This document shows positions 33,390 through 43,771 of a stretch of DNA of 64,000 bases, one piece after another (the first letter of the stretch is position 1; each line of letters begins with the position of its first letter). The stretch comes from Williopsis jadinii. Lineage: Eukaryota. Position numbers and translations under genes: made by a program. The stretch is from contig AP024664.1 of NCBI GenBank assembly GCA_024346625.1, positions 2,914,001-2,978,000 of the forward strand. Direction: 5' to 3'. The notes beneath the pieces are model-generated. The model made no database searches. It saw only the letters and a program-made list of their open reading frames with translations, and was not told the DNA's origin.

Positions 33390-33815
33390 GGTTAACAGTT
33401 GTGCAAATGGTGGCTATATCTTCTTTGTAACACCGAGCAGGGTACTGGTGAAGTTAACTGTGAAGAGAAAATATAAAAATTTTAATACGTTTAACAGCTC
33501 AATGATACATAAGGCAACCACATTTTACGTCCAAAGGGAGAAAGCCCACGCTTTTCTTGGGAGGGAGGTTCATTTTTGGCAGCGTTGATAATCCACGTGG
33601 GGCCCTTCGCATCGAATGTACAGGGATAATGGATAAAAACAGTAATTTCCCGGAAATGGTGATGTTCCGTCACGGACAACACCCGATGTGGGAATTACCG
33701 TTCTTGGATGACAGCTGCGCTCTACACCATGTCGACAAGGAATACTATGATTGAAGAGTGGTTAATTGTGTTGTATAATATCTATAACCTGTAAATAAAC
33801 GTAACCATTTTACCC

Positions 33816-35126
33816 TTATAGTTCAACAACGTACTTCTCGTTGCTTGCACCATACTTCTCCAAATCTTCCAGCCCGGATATGATGCCTTCAAAGCCACTG
33901 TATAGCTTGAGGTTCTTCTGCGATACAATCTTACCAGAGTCCAGTAGATCGTGGGTGACCCTGACAAGGTTCTCGCCATGCTTCACATTCTCGTGGAATT
34001 TCTTTATGAGTACCTGTTTCACTTCAATGTTCTTTAGCAGTTCACTGTCAAGGTCTTTGGACGGCATTGACACAACACCGACAAAGGTTTTGGTGCTGTC
34101 ATTGTTGTTATCGCCAAGGTTGAGAAAATGGATGACATGGTCAGACGTCTGCTTGCCGACAACGTCGATGCCAATCTGTAGCCCATTAGGTAGGATTTCG
34201 TGGAGTTCCTTCTTCAGCTCATCCAGCTCTTTGAATCTGTCCAGGATATGGGTAGCACCAATATCTTTCAGGAACTTTTCATGTTTGAGACTGGACACTG
34301 AAATGATCTTCTTAAAGCCTGCAACCTTGGCAAGTTGAATGACATAGCTTCCTACACCACTGGAGCCTCCCCAGATCAAGATAGAGTCACGGTCTTCTGG
34401 TGAAATGTATTGCTCCTTGTCAAAGTCTTCGTTCTCGAAGATGTTGACGTTCAACTCCTCCATCACTGAGGAAGCGGTAACCAGACCGACTCCAACACCA
34501 GCACCTTCCTTCAGAGAAACATTCTTCGGTAATTTCCATACAAGACGAGAGTCAAATATGGAGTATTGTTGGAATGTCGACGTTCTCAGATCTCTGTATG
34601 ACGTTGAGGCAATGAAAACTTCATCGCCAGTCGCCAAGTTTGCAACTTTAGAACCAACTTTCTTGACAACTCCAGACGACTCACGTCCTTGAATCCAGGG
34701 AAATGAATACACGCCAAATCTATACTTCTTGCCCTTCCAATCTATAGGGTTCAATCCAATAAACTTGTTCTCAATGAGAACTTCATGTTCGCCCAAATCT
34801 GGAACAGGGTACTTCTCGTCAACGCTAAATGGCTCCTCAAATGATTTGATAACCAATGCTGTTTGAAGATCATCAGTGTCGTTCTCAACCAAGTGTAACT
34901 CCGTCTCTGTGATTCCATCCTCTGGCGAAACTCTTCTCTTCTTACTTTCAACCTTGGAATCTGAATCTGAATCTGATGACTGTTGGTCCAATTTATCATC
35001 TAGACGATCACCATCGGTGCTGGCCAATGAAACAACACTATTGGATCTCTCATCTTCGGTGAATTTTCTCTTCAATGTGACAGGCTCGAGCTTTGTTGGC
35101 TCGCGTGAAAGGGTATCAGTACTCAT
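33816..35126 (-). CDS. MDR-superfamily NAD(P)H oxidoreductase (enoyl-reductase/YNL134C-like) with a long N-terminal extension
   Basis: GLNPIDWK, GRESSGVV, ILIWGGSSGVGSYVIQLAK, EKYVV; the protein has no Cys, so no Cys zinc ligands. Confidence 0.85.
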   Translation of the reverse strand: MSTDTLSREPTKLEPVTLKRKFTEDERSNSVVSLASTDGDRLDDKLDQQSSDSDSDSKVESKKRRVSPEDGITETELHLVENDTDDLQTALVIKSFEEPFSVDEKYPVPDLGEHEVLIENKFIGLNPIDWKGKKYRFGVYSFPWIQGRESSGVVKKVGSKVANLATGDEVFIASTSYRDLRTSTFQQYSIFDSRLVWKLPKNVSLKEGAGVGVGLVTASSVMEELNVNIFENEDFDKEQYISPEDRDSILIWGGSSGVGSYVIQLAKVAGFKKIISVSSLKHEKFLKDIGATHILDRFKELDELKKELHEILPNGLQIGIDVVGKQTSDHVIHFLNLGDNNNDSTKTFVGVVSMPSKDLDSELLKNIEVKQVLIKKFHENVKHGENLVRVTHDLLDSGKIVSQKNLKLYSGFEGIISGLEDLEKYGASNEKYVVEL

Positions 35127-35895
35127 TATTACGACAATATTCACAACTGTGATGGAAATATGGCTCTATCTATGTCAGTTGAACAGCAAATAACAACTCA
35201 TCGCCAAACAACTGTAAAGCACCATGCTCCAGCATGACAGACCTCCTTGCTTTTATACCACCGCTCCCACTGAGTCACACACCCCTTAAATTTCACAGTG
35301 AGGTACACAGTCTTACAAACGTCACAGGATTGTCACTCATATTTGCATTCAGTATAGCCACAGCTGTGATATCGTTCCCTGTGGCCGTCTTAGCAGGCAA
35401 ATGCAAACAAATAATAATGTCCAGCCCGCACGGGAACATACAATGGCCGCGCAGAGTCAGCGAGAGCTTGGGCAGGCAGACTGTTTCAGCTTCACCCGCT
35501 ATTGTCCCATCACGCTGCAAAGAGCCACAATTGCAATGGACAGGCAAGGGATTATGGCTTGGTTATGTCCTTGAGTCCCATTTGTTTTCCTTCCATGCTC
35601 CGAACAAACTTCCCCATCAAGTAAGTTTCCGTGCCCACAGTGGCTCTTGCATGCTGTGGCTCGCTGATTGGCAACTGGGGCTATTGGGACTAACAGCCCT
35701 GTTTGGAAATGCAAGCGAGCAGGTAGCAAGTGAGAGTCGGAGTCAAGACGGGAGTAATTGCTCGTATCCACTTGCCAGTGATGGTGAAATACACGGTATG
35801 TGATTAAACGGTGCGTGGTGTGTGAGTCGGACATAGAGATGCTTTGCTGTGATCCAGGCGCCTACATGATATGACACAATAAATGAAGCGGTGTT

Positions 35896-36864
35896 TTAGA
35901 GGCCGTATTCACGCATCGCTTCTAGTTCTGCCTCGTGTTCGTCCATCTCTTCGAATTGGTCGAATTCTTCCAGTGTAGGGTCTTCCTCCAAAGTAGGGTC
36001 TTTCTCCATTGCGGTTGCTTTCTCAATATTAGCCGTGGTTGTGGAGGAGTCCGGTTTGGCTCCAATATTGGCAAACAGCAGGTCGTCGTCGTCGTCGTCA
36101 AACTCATCGTCAAACTCATCGTCAAATCCTTCATCGGTATTCTTCTTCTCTTTCTCTCTGGCATCGCCATTTTCCTTTGTAATATTACTATCCTCGTCGT
36201 TGACTTGATGGCCATTCTTTTGTGCACCGTCTTGGTCATTCTCTTCAGCAGGAACGAAAAGGCTCACTGGCTGGTGTCCATCATCACGGCTTGATCCTCT
36301 CGCTTGTGTGCTGTCTAAGTCATGGTCACGCAACCCACGCTCTGACAAAACCGTTTCCTCCAACTCCTCCCCTATTTGTTTATGCATAACATTAGCCGGC
36401 ACACCATATAGTCCAGGTCTCTCAGGAAGCTCATCAGCCATGTAGATTCCCCTATCTTGTAACTTATACGTTTCTCTCAGGTGCTTCACAGGCTTCTTTG
36501 CCCCAGCAGTGGCACACATATCTAAGAAGTCACTAAACTTGGCCTTTGGGAATAAATTATGGCCCCAGATTTGGTAAAACGTCAGGAGGTTTGTCAAGTT
36601 CGTGTACTCGTTTTTATGCTGGATATTCTTTCTCACTCTTCTCTGTGCATTGTTCCTAACATATTTCAATCCTCGAACAGATAAAAGATGGGTATCTTGA
36701 AGGAACCTGGGACGACGTACACGAGGTTTGGTAGTATCCTTGGCCTCGTCCGTGTTCAAGTTCAGCCCAAGCAAATCGTCGACGTTCTGCTTAGAAGTCT
36801 GCGGCTCCGCTGGCACATCACTTCCAGTCTCATGGAAAGAGTCTGTTTCAAGTTGATTGTTCAT
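35896..36864 (-). CDS. CSM3: Replication fork protection factor Csm3/Swi3/Tipin
   Basis: LLSVRGL...LLTFYQIWGHNLFPKAKFSDF; acidic tail ending LEAMREYGL. Confidence 0.9.
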   Translation of the reverse strand: MNNQLETDSFHETGSDVPAEPQTSKQNVDDLLGLNLNTDEAKDTTKPRVRRPRFLQDTHLLSVRGLKYVRNNAQRRVRKNIQHKNEYTNLTNLLTFYQIWGHNLFPKAKFSDFLDMCATAGAKKPVKHLRETYKLQDRGIYMADELPERPGLYGVPANVMHKQIGEELEETVLSERGLRDHDLDSTQARGSSRDDGHQPVSLFVPAEENDQDGAQKNGHQVNDEDSNITKENGDAREKEKKNTDEGFDDEFDDEFDDDDDDLLFANIGAKPDSSTTTANIEKATAMEKDPTLEEDPTLEEFDQFEEMDEHEAELEAMREYGL

Positions 36865-36914
36865 TTCTTGGTCTTTAATTTACCCAATGAAACTGGTATG
36901 AACATCGTGGAAGA

Positions 36915-36970
36915 ACGCGTTTGAAAAATCGTAAACAAAGCTTCGCGTCATATTAAAGTGCCGGTACGCG
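36915..36970. promoter_or_regulatory. MCB cluster upstream of CSM3
   Basis: ACGCGT (36915), TTCGCGT (36942), ACGCG (36966). Confidence 0.65.
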
Positions 36971-38549
36971 CAGCAATAGTCAACCTTAGTAAATTGACAG
37001 ATGTTGATGAAAGATGAGCTACACTAGCAGTAATTCCTTTCTCATTAATCCTTGTAGTTGGTATCATTCCTGAGTTATAGGTGTACTTGAAGCTTTTGTA
37101 GGCTTGCAAAGGCTTTCTATGCTGTGTTTTTTCTTTTGTTCAAACAAGGTTACATAATCACTGTATTGCTTTTTAGTTATTGAAGAAACACGTCTGCTCT
37201 TGGTAGCCACTCAATCTCTGGTAATTCGGTTTGTAGAACAATGAACTAGTTTTGAAGACGTTTCAATCTGTTTCCCAAGCTTTAATATGTTAGGTAAACA
37301 GATTTTTTATTGTATTAATGAGGTCAAATAAAATATACAGTCATATTGAATGTAAAAGAAATTATGCTAGTTAAGAGGCAGTAATTGATCATGGAAATAT
37401 TTCTGATTTATTATAATACTATGTAGAAAGTGTTTATGTGTGGGACTAAGCAGAAATCTATAGTTGGACAGATGAGCTGGAAACGTAGTCGAATCATCAT
37501 GACATTTGGATTTGACTAATGATTGTAAATTCAACAGTACATCGTTACTTGCTTAGAAGGTGATAATCATGTCGGACCTGTGTTTACAACTTGTACTGTG
37601 ATTGAACAAGCTGATACAGTAATGGTGAACACCTCTGTAAGATCATAGCTACCGATTTCGTCTACGTTGAAGCTCTAGATAATGTACAGTATTACGACAG
37701 TTCTCATTATATTTTTATAATGCAAAAGCCTCCAGTCAATACAATGGGTTATCTTATCTTTTCAGAATATTATAAATGGTTGTCTGGTCCAAATGCGCAG
37801 ACCACTTGTGCAAATTTTTGATTTAACTTCTGTAGATGATATCACTTATAGTCTTCTTCCTACAAGAGCAATCGTTCCCCATGTTGGTTCAAGTATCTAC
37901 TTTGCTGATTTAAAGAGCTTGTTCAAACTTGTTGAAGAATCAAGCCAATATATGAAAATATTTGCAGCACTGAAGAAAGAATCTCCAAGAGTATTACTCT
38001 TCCAATAGATATGCTAGTCAAGCCATGACAATACTAGCTAAGCATGCAATGCTTCAAGCATTGGCCAAGTGCTGAATTTCTTCGGTCTTGGATACTCAGG
38101 AAGTGCGTAAGAAAAGATTATTTAGACAAATAACTCTGGAAATATCAAGCAAGTGAAAAGCTGTGACATGATAACAGAGTATTTAGCTGAAAGATTCACA
38201 TGTATCTGTCATCTAAACTGTTTGGTCAAATCAAACATTCTCCAATAACAAGATACCTTTGTTGTTGGTCTTGATGAGCCGACTACTTCATGTTATTGAG
38301 TGCAAAATACCAGATAATTCACTCTATACCTACTTGAATACATCGGAATCTTCCTGCTCTACTTGGGCACAGTATACTAGTGACATATTTATTTCCCAAG
38401 ATATATGTGTCCAATCATCCATCGAACACTGATGTACATTGATGCCATGTCCTGCATGATGGAGGGTCCCGTGAGCTTTGATAATCGCACATGACCATCA
38501 AACAATTTCGTGGAATCGTGGTGTATGGATGTGTATTAAATTAAATATT

Positions 38550-38588
38550 TGTGACTGCTCCTTTACGAAAAATGCCACTTCCGTACAC
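38550..38588. promoter_or_regulatory. Homol-D box and Rap1-like site of RPS24
   Basis: TGTGACTG (38550-38557) and ACTTCCGTACAC (38577-38588). Confidence 0.55.
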
Positions 38589-38749
38589 CAACCCACTCAC
38601 TTCTATTACCTAATCTTGCGCTGTGTTATTATGTAAGAAGTGGACTTTTTTGCGTGTGTCGCTTGGGACTCTGACAAACAAAAAATTGAAATTCTTCAAC
38701 CTTTGAACATCAACTACAAGGTGAACAGTTCGGACATCATCAAGACAGA

Positions 38750-39499
38750 ATGGTATGTTATAGAGAATACATGTGGGAAAAGGGATCAGTAACAGATGTC
38801 GTCATGTTCATAGAAGATGTCAAACAAGGAATGGAATCATTACATCAGAGCTTGCGGGTATAGTTTGGGGTTACCATATAAGAACGTTTTGAGCGTTTTC
38901 AATAGCTTGACTGGAGGAATGAAAAACAAAAGATATAGATCCAGTTGAGAGAAAACATCGGATAGCACTAGGTGTGATTCAACGTTTCCTGATCATCTTC
39001 CCAGATGATGAGAGCCAACGCTTATATGATCATTTCCCGTATTACTGTCATTTTTCCCTCAGTCCAGTAAGAACGAAATACTAACAGTTTACAGAGTGAC
39101 GCTATTACCATTAGAACCAGAAAGGTTATTAACAACCCATTGTTGGCTAGACTCCAATTCGTCATTGACGTTTTGCACCCAAACAGGGCTAACGTCTCCA
39201 AGGATGAGTTGAGAGAGAAGTTGGCTGCCACTTACAAGGCTGACAAGGATGCTGTCTCTGTCTTTGGTTTCAGAACCCAATACGGTGGTGGTAAGTCTAC
39301 TGGTTTCGGTCTTGTCTACAACTCTGTTGCTGATGCTAAGAAGTTCGAGCCAACCTACAGATTGGTCAGATACGGTTTGGCCCAAAAGGTTGAGAAGGCT
39401 TCTAGACAACAAAGAAAGCAAAAGAAGAACAGAGACAAGAAGGTCTTCGGTACCGGTAAGAGAGCTGCTAAGCACGCTGCTCGTCGTAACGCTGACTAA
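38750..39499 (+). CDS. RPS24: 40S ribosomal protein eS24; intron 38753-39094
   Basis: [46 protein letters not shown]. Confidence 0.97.
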
Positions 39500-39626
39500 A
39501 CTGGTTAAAAGGTTCATATCTAAAACTATTTTGATCTTTTGTTTGTGTGGATTATGATGGGTGTATAAAATCGAAAAAACGTCATTTTTAATGTTTCCAA
39601 AAGTATCTGTGTAGAATGGTATCCTT

Positions 39627-40277
39627 TTAAAGATTCTCAAGCACTTTGTCCAATCTACCAACGATATCGTGGTACAACTTTGACTGGTTGTCCAACTTTT
39701 CAAGTTGGCTATCAAAGTTCTTCATCAACTCTTGTAATTCAGAGTCTGATTGTATTGTATCGAGGTCCAAACCCACCAGCTTGATATCATCAAACATTGT
39801 TCCCTCGTTGGAATGTTCTATTTCAAATTCATCCATAACCTGCCTGAGTTTCTTGTCCTCTTCTTCATTCAGTTTTTCGTACGACTTTAAAAACTTTGTC
39901 GTCTGGTTTAGTTTGTCCTCTTCTTGGATAAGTGTACGTTTCAGATTCCTCACTATCTTCTTTTCGTTGGACTCTCTATTCAGTAGTGCACTTTGTCTCT
40001 TCAGCTGGTAATCATAATCAAAATCATCAAGCTTCGTTGCCTTCGGTAGCTTTGTCCTGCTGAAATCTGCCATGAAATCGTTTATGAAGTTTGTCATTGC
40101 GATATTCTGCGAGTTTATCTTCTTCGAAGGAACCATCTCCAGGCATTTTGACTTGTTAGTCATAAGAATATCCTCCACTGCCTGGAGCAGCTGTGATGAT
40201 GGCTTTGACCACTGACGCGTCATGTTCGATGTGTACTTCTTGGACACCTTTCTGATTGTTTTATCATCTAATGGCAT
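39627..40277 (-). CDS. Probable inner-kinetochore CENP-Q/Okp1/Fta7-family coiled-coil protein
   Basis: W..P N-terminal motif, KLPKATKLDDFDYD, then a long coiled coil; family assigned by recalled pattern only. Confidence 0.5.
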   Translation of the reverse strand: MPLDDKTIRKVSKKYTSNMTRQWSKPSSQLLQAVEDILMTNKSKCLEMVPSKKINSQNIAMTNFINDFMADFSRTKLPKATKLDDFDYDYQLKRQSALLNRESNEKKIVRNLKRTLIQEEDKLNQTTKFLKSYEKLNEEEDKKLRQVMDEFEIEHSNEGTMFDDIKLVGLDLDTIQSDSELQELMKNFDSQLEKLDNQSKLYHDIVGRLDKVLENL

Positions 40278-43200
40278 GGCTAAAATGATGTTTTATATGT
40301 GGGAACTGTGATCCGTGGTAGACTGTTATGATAGAAGACTCTGCCAGTTGTTTGTTTGTTTGTTTATGTTTTAGGGATGTCAACGACTGTCTTCAAATAT
40401 ACTTCCTGGTTATGAGCACAGGCGTGATATGACGTAGCACTGGTTCCATGGCCCTTTGCAAAAACCATCAATGTGCCAATCCATCACATCGCAGTGTAGT
40501 TGAACCATACTATGAAGCAGTGAGAGTTTTGCTGGATTCTACCAGCGGTGCTAGTATTCTTCTAATCTTACATCATAAAATTGATGAGTCTTCCAGGTCC
40601 TGTGTTGTTCCCAAATGTTACAAATCGCCACCAGTTTCGGAAAGCACCTGACTTGTGTACGAGGGAAGTTCACCCAATAAATGGAGGTGGAGTCTACTTC
40701 TATGATGCATCCATGTAAATCTCTATCTACATCACAAAGCGTATAATGTTAAATTGTTATCTGTATGTGCAGCTCAGGGTGGATTGTGGGATAACAATGC
40801 TGTTCTCTATCGTAGTTATAAACAAAGAGAAAATTGAATGAGGTTTCTGGGTATGTAAAGCATCACAAACAGAGCTGTTCCATGAAACTGTCCGTTCCAG
40901 CGATTGTTTCAAGTTGGCGATACATTTTGATGTGGTACCAGCATATTTGATAACTACTACAATTTTCATCGCCGCCATCTAGATCTGCTATTGTATAGTT
41001 TCATGGCGCGAGTGTCATCTTCCATCAATTCGGTTTTTACGAGCATTAATAATTGGAAGACATATATGAGTGTAAGATTGATGTACATAGGTCCTACATA
41101 CATCATTCGAGATTACACTTTGGCTATTCTGAGTTTAAACATATCTCAACCACTGCCGCTCAAGGTGAATTGATATATCATTAGGACTGGAACAGTTCTG
41201 TTTTAGTACTTGCTCAGTTAAAGCTGTAATTGATGTCCGCTACGGTGAAGAACAAGCAACCCTTACGCTGCTGGGCGAAAGTCGAACAGTACCCTGGCTG
41301 AATCTCCCCTGTAAATACCACTGGGCAAATCTGTTACTGAAACATGCTACTAAAACCAGTATACTGATGAAACGCCAAAGTGTGGTATCTCAGGAGCCCT
41401 AACTGTACCAACGAATCCATGACATGCATACGTCAGCCATACGTATGCAATTTAAATATCGTGTTATATTCACAGATGATGCCTTGGTTGCTACCCTTAT
41501 AGTGCATACAATGATGTGTAAAACGGAAGAACCAACCTAGAAGCTCACAACACACATTGACGATCCTATACACTATGGTAATTACAAATCAAAAGCTGTG
41601 TGGTAATCGCAGGCAATTAAAAAGTACGTGCATGATCCACGCTGCTCGCTGTGGCGTGTGCTTAACAAATTGACCGTTAAAGATTCTCAATGCAACTTAT
41701 AACTGCACACGCATACAAACTCTTAGTATGCCACAGTTGTGCGTCGGCATTGGGCAAGTATGGGATACTGCGACAGCAGTGGGGTCCAAATCTCGAAAGA
41801 GGTCGTGAGACACACCTCATGATTAACGGTGAGTGTTCTTTCTCGGTGAATATGCACTGGGAAAGGTTTCATGATACCTGTCCCAGTTCACGTGAATGAT
41901 GGTCCATCAAGTGCCCATTCCATTGCAACCTGAAATGATTAGGTCCACTCCCCTCCTCCCTCGTCAATTTGGACCATTTTCCCTGAAGGGTTCCCAATCT
42001 GGTGGAGGTTCAGCGCCTTGGGTCTGGATAACAGCCGCGGTAATTCATGCAATCGCAATACGCCCATAAATTGTGAAATATGTATCAAGTGTAGGGGCCT
42101 CATATGAGACAGGTTCTGCCCTTGCACTTTGCAAGTTATAGCTTTCGAAGGGTTACTATGTAAGACTAGGACGTTTGCTTTTGCGAACTTGTCGAAGCTT
42201 TGGCCTCAACACTTGCAAATTATACTGGGCCGAACTTCGTCGCCAGAAAAGTTGCCAAAATGGATGACTTGTCAAAGTCCTCCTCAAGGCGAAACCGAGG
42301 TTCCTGATATGTGCAGGGAACTAGTGGGAAGTTGGAAGCTTGGGTTGCCAGAAAGGCTGCGAGAAAAGCTGCCAGAGACCATTGAGAACTAGAAATGGCC
42401 ATTAATGTTCTATAATTGGCTCAGGGCAGGTGCTAAAACCAAGAGGCAGCGGCCTCAAGAGCCCACCACTTGCTGGACCATATTCACACTCACACACATA
42501 TTTCAACACTTCTGAGTTGGAAATTGAAACCAGCTTTACTTTTCATTCAGCCGAGCTCTGGATCTTTTCATCTATCTCAGTTACAATAGTCCCATGGAGT
42601 TTCCCTGCTGCATGCTAAGTTGATAAAGTTGGGATTCTTGATAAGCTAGCCCCATAAGTACATTTATAGGACCTGGGTGTGGTTTTAGCAAACATGGCAA
42701 ACATATACTTAGTGAGCCCTAGAATATGATAAGCTATCATTCTTGTAGTCGCAACTTGGATCTGATAACTTCCAAATAACCGGTCCTTTCATTACACGCA
42801 CTGCATAAATATAAAACGTAGAATAAAGACGTCCGAGGCATACTTTGACGTAAATTCACCCGGGTCCTTTCCAATGAAAAACGAAAAAAGAGAGAAAATA
42901 ATATGGTTGTAACAGATTCACAAACACAGTAATATCCACTCCGTAACCCAGTGGAAACATGGTATCAATCACAGGCCTTCCAATCAAGCCTGCGGGCCAT
43001 CCTGTCGTTCCTAATCCTAGGCCCTGCGCTGATCCAGCGATCTCTCTCTCGAAAGTTGGGGTGCTTTCCATAAATTTCAAGCAAAAGGTCTAGAACGGCC
43101 TCCATGATCGGAGTCGCTAAGATCCACTGCTGTATGACGTAAACGTGCGCCCCTCGTCTCCTTGAAATCCTCCGACTTGGAATGTTTTCCCGGCCTATGC

Positions 43201-43771
43201 CCATACATTTGCGCCTATGTATGATGTATGCCTCTGTCTCTCTTTCTGCTTCTTCGTTTGACTCGCTTTTCTCAGTATGTCCTCTGTACCAGTGAACTCC
43301 CATGCAAACACATGTCGTATCCCCCTTCTGTAAAACAAATTTTTATCAACCACCTCCTTTTACTCAAACTACCCAGCAACCTCGAACTATCAACACTCAA
43401 ACCATCTGCTCAAGGCCCTCGTCTTCCAGCGCATTAAACCTGTCCAAGACCCTGTGTTTAAGCTGCCTTAGGTTGTTCCAAGTACCTCAAAATACATCAA
43501 AATAGAAACTGCGAGCACTCCGACAAGAGGATAATTCTCAACTCTAAAGGCTAAAAATACAGTTGTCCTCGACCGTTGAAACGAACAATACACAACAGAG
43601 GAAGGGAAACACACCGCACTACGTTGAAGCAATACAAGGCGTAAGACCGTTCAAACTGTTGAAAGTTGAAGAAATATATATTCCGATCCAGCTGGCAAAT
43701 TTCTGTGTTTTTCTACAACAAGAACCCACCAGAGAACTCGCATATAAGCACTGTACTCTCGACTGGAAAAT

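Noticed and set aside
35234..35803. 189-aa plus-strand ORF
   Set aside because: Lies in the MDR promoter with no recognisable domain; likely spurious, though not excluded.
35975..36125. Short direct repeats in CSM3 (DPTLEE x2, FDDE x3)
   Set aside because: In-frame slippage in an acidic disordered tail; not a CRISPR or mobile element.
37260..37460. Point centromere
   Set aside because: AT-rich, but no CDEI or CDEIII-like motifs.
39005..39094. Possible intronic C/D snoRNA in the RPS24 intron (also GTGATGA at about 56299 in the RPS29 intron)
   Set aside because: C-box-like word present but no downstream CTGA D box within the intron.
39089..39715. 208-aa antisense ORF over RPS24, and similar shadow ORFs over ATM1, TFB3, AIP1, UTP15, KTI12, ALD and PEX19
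   Set aside because: Antisense or alternative-frame shadows of conserved genes, with no family features.
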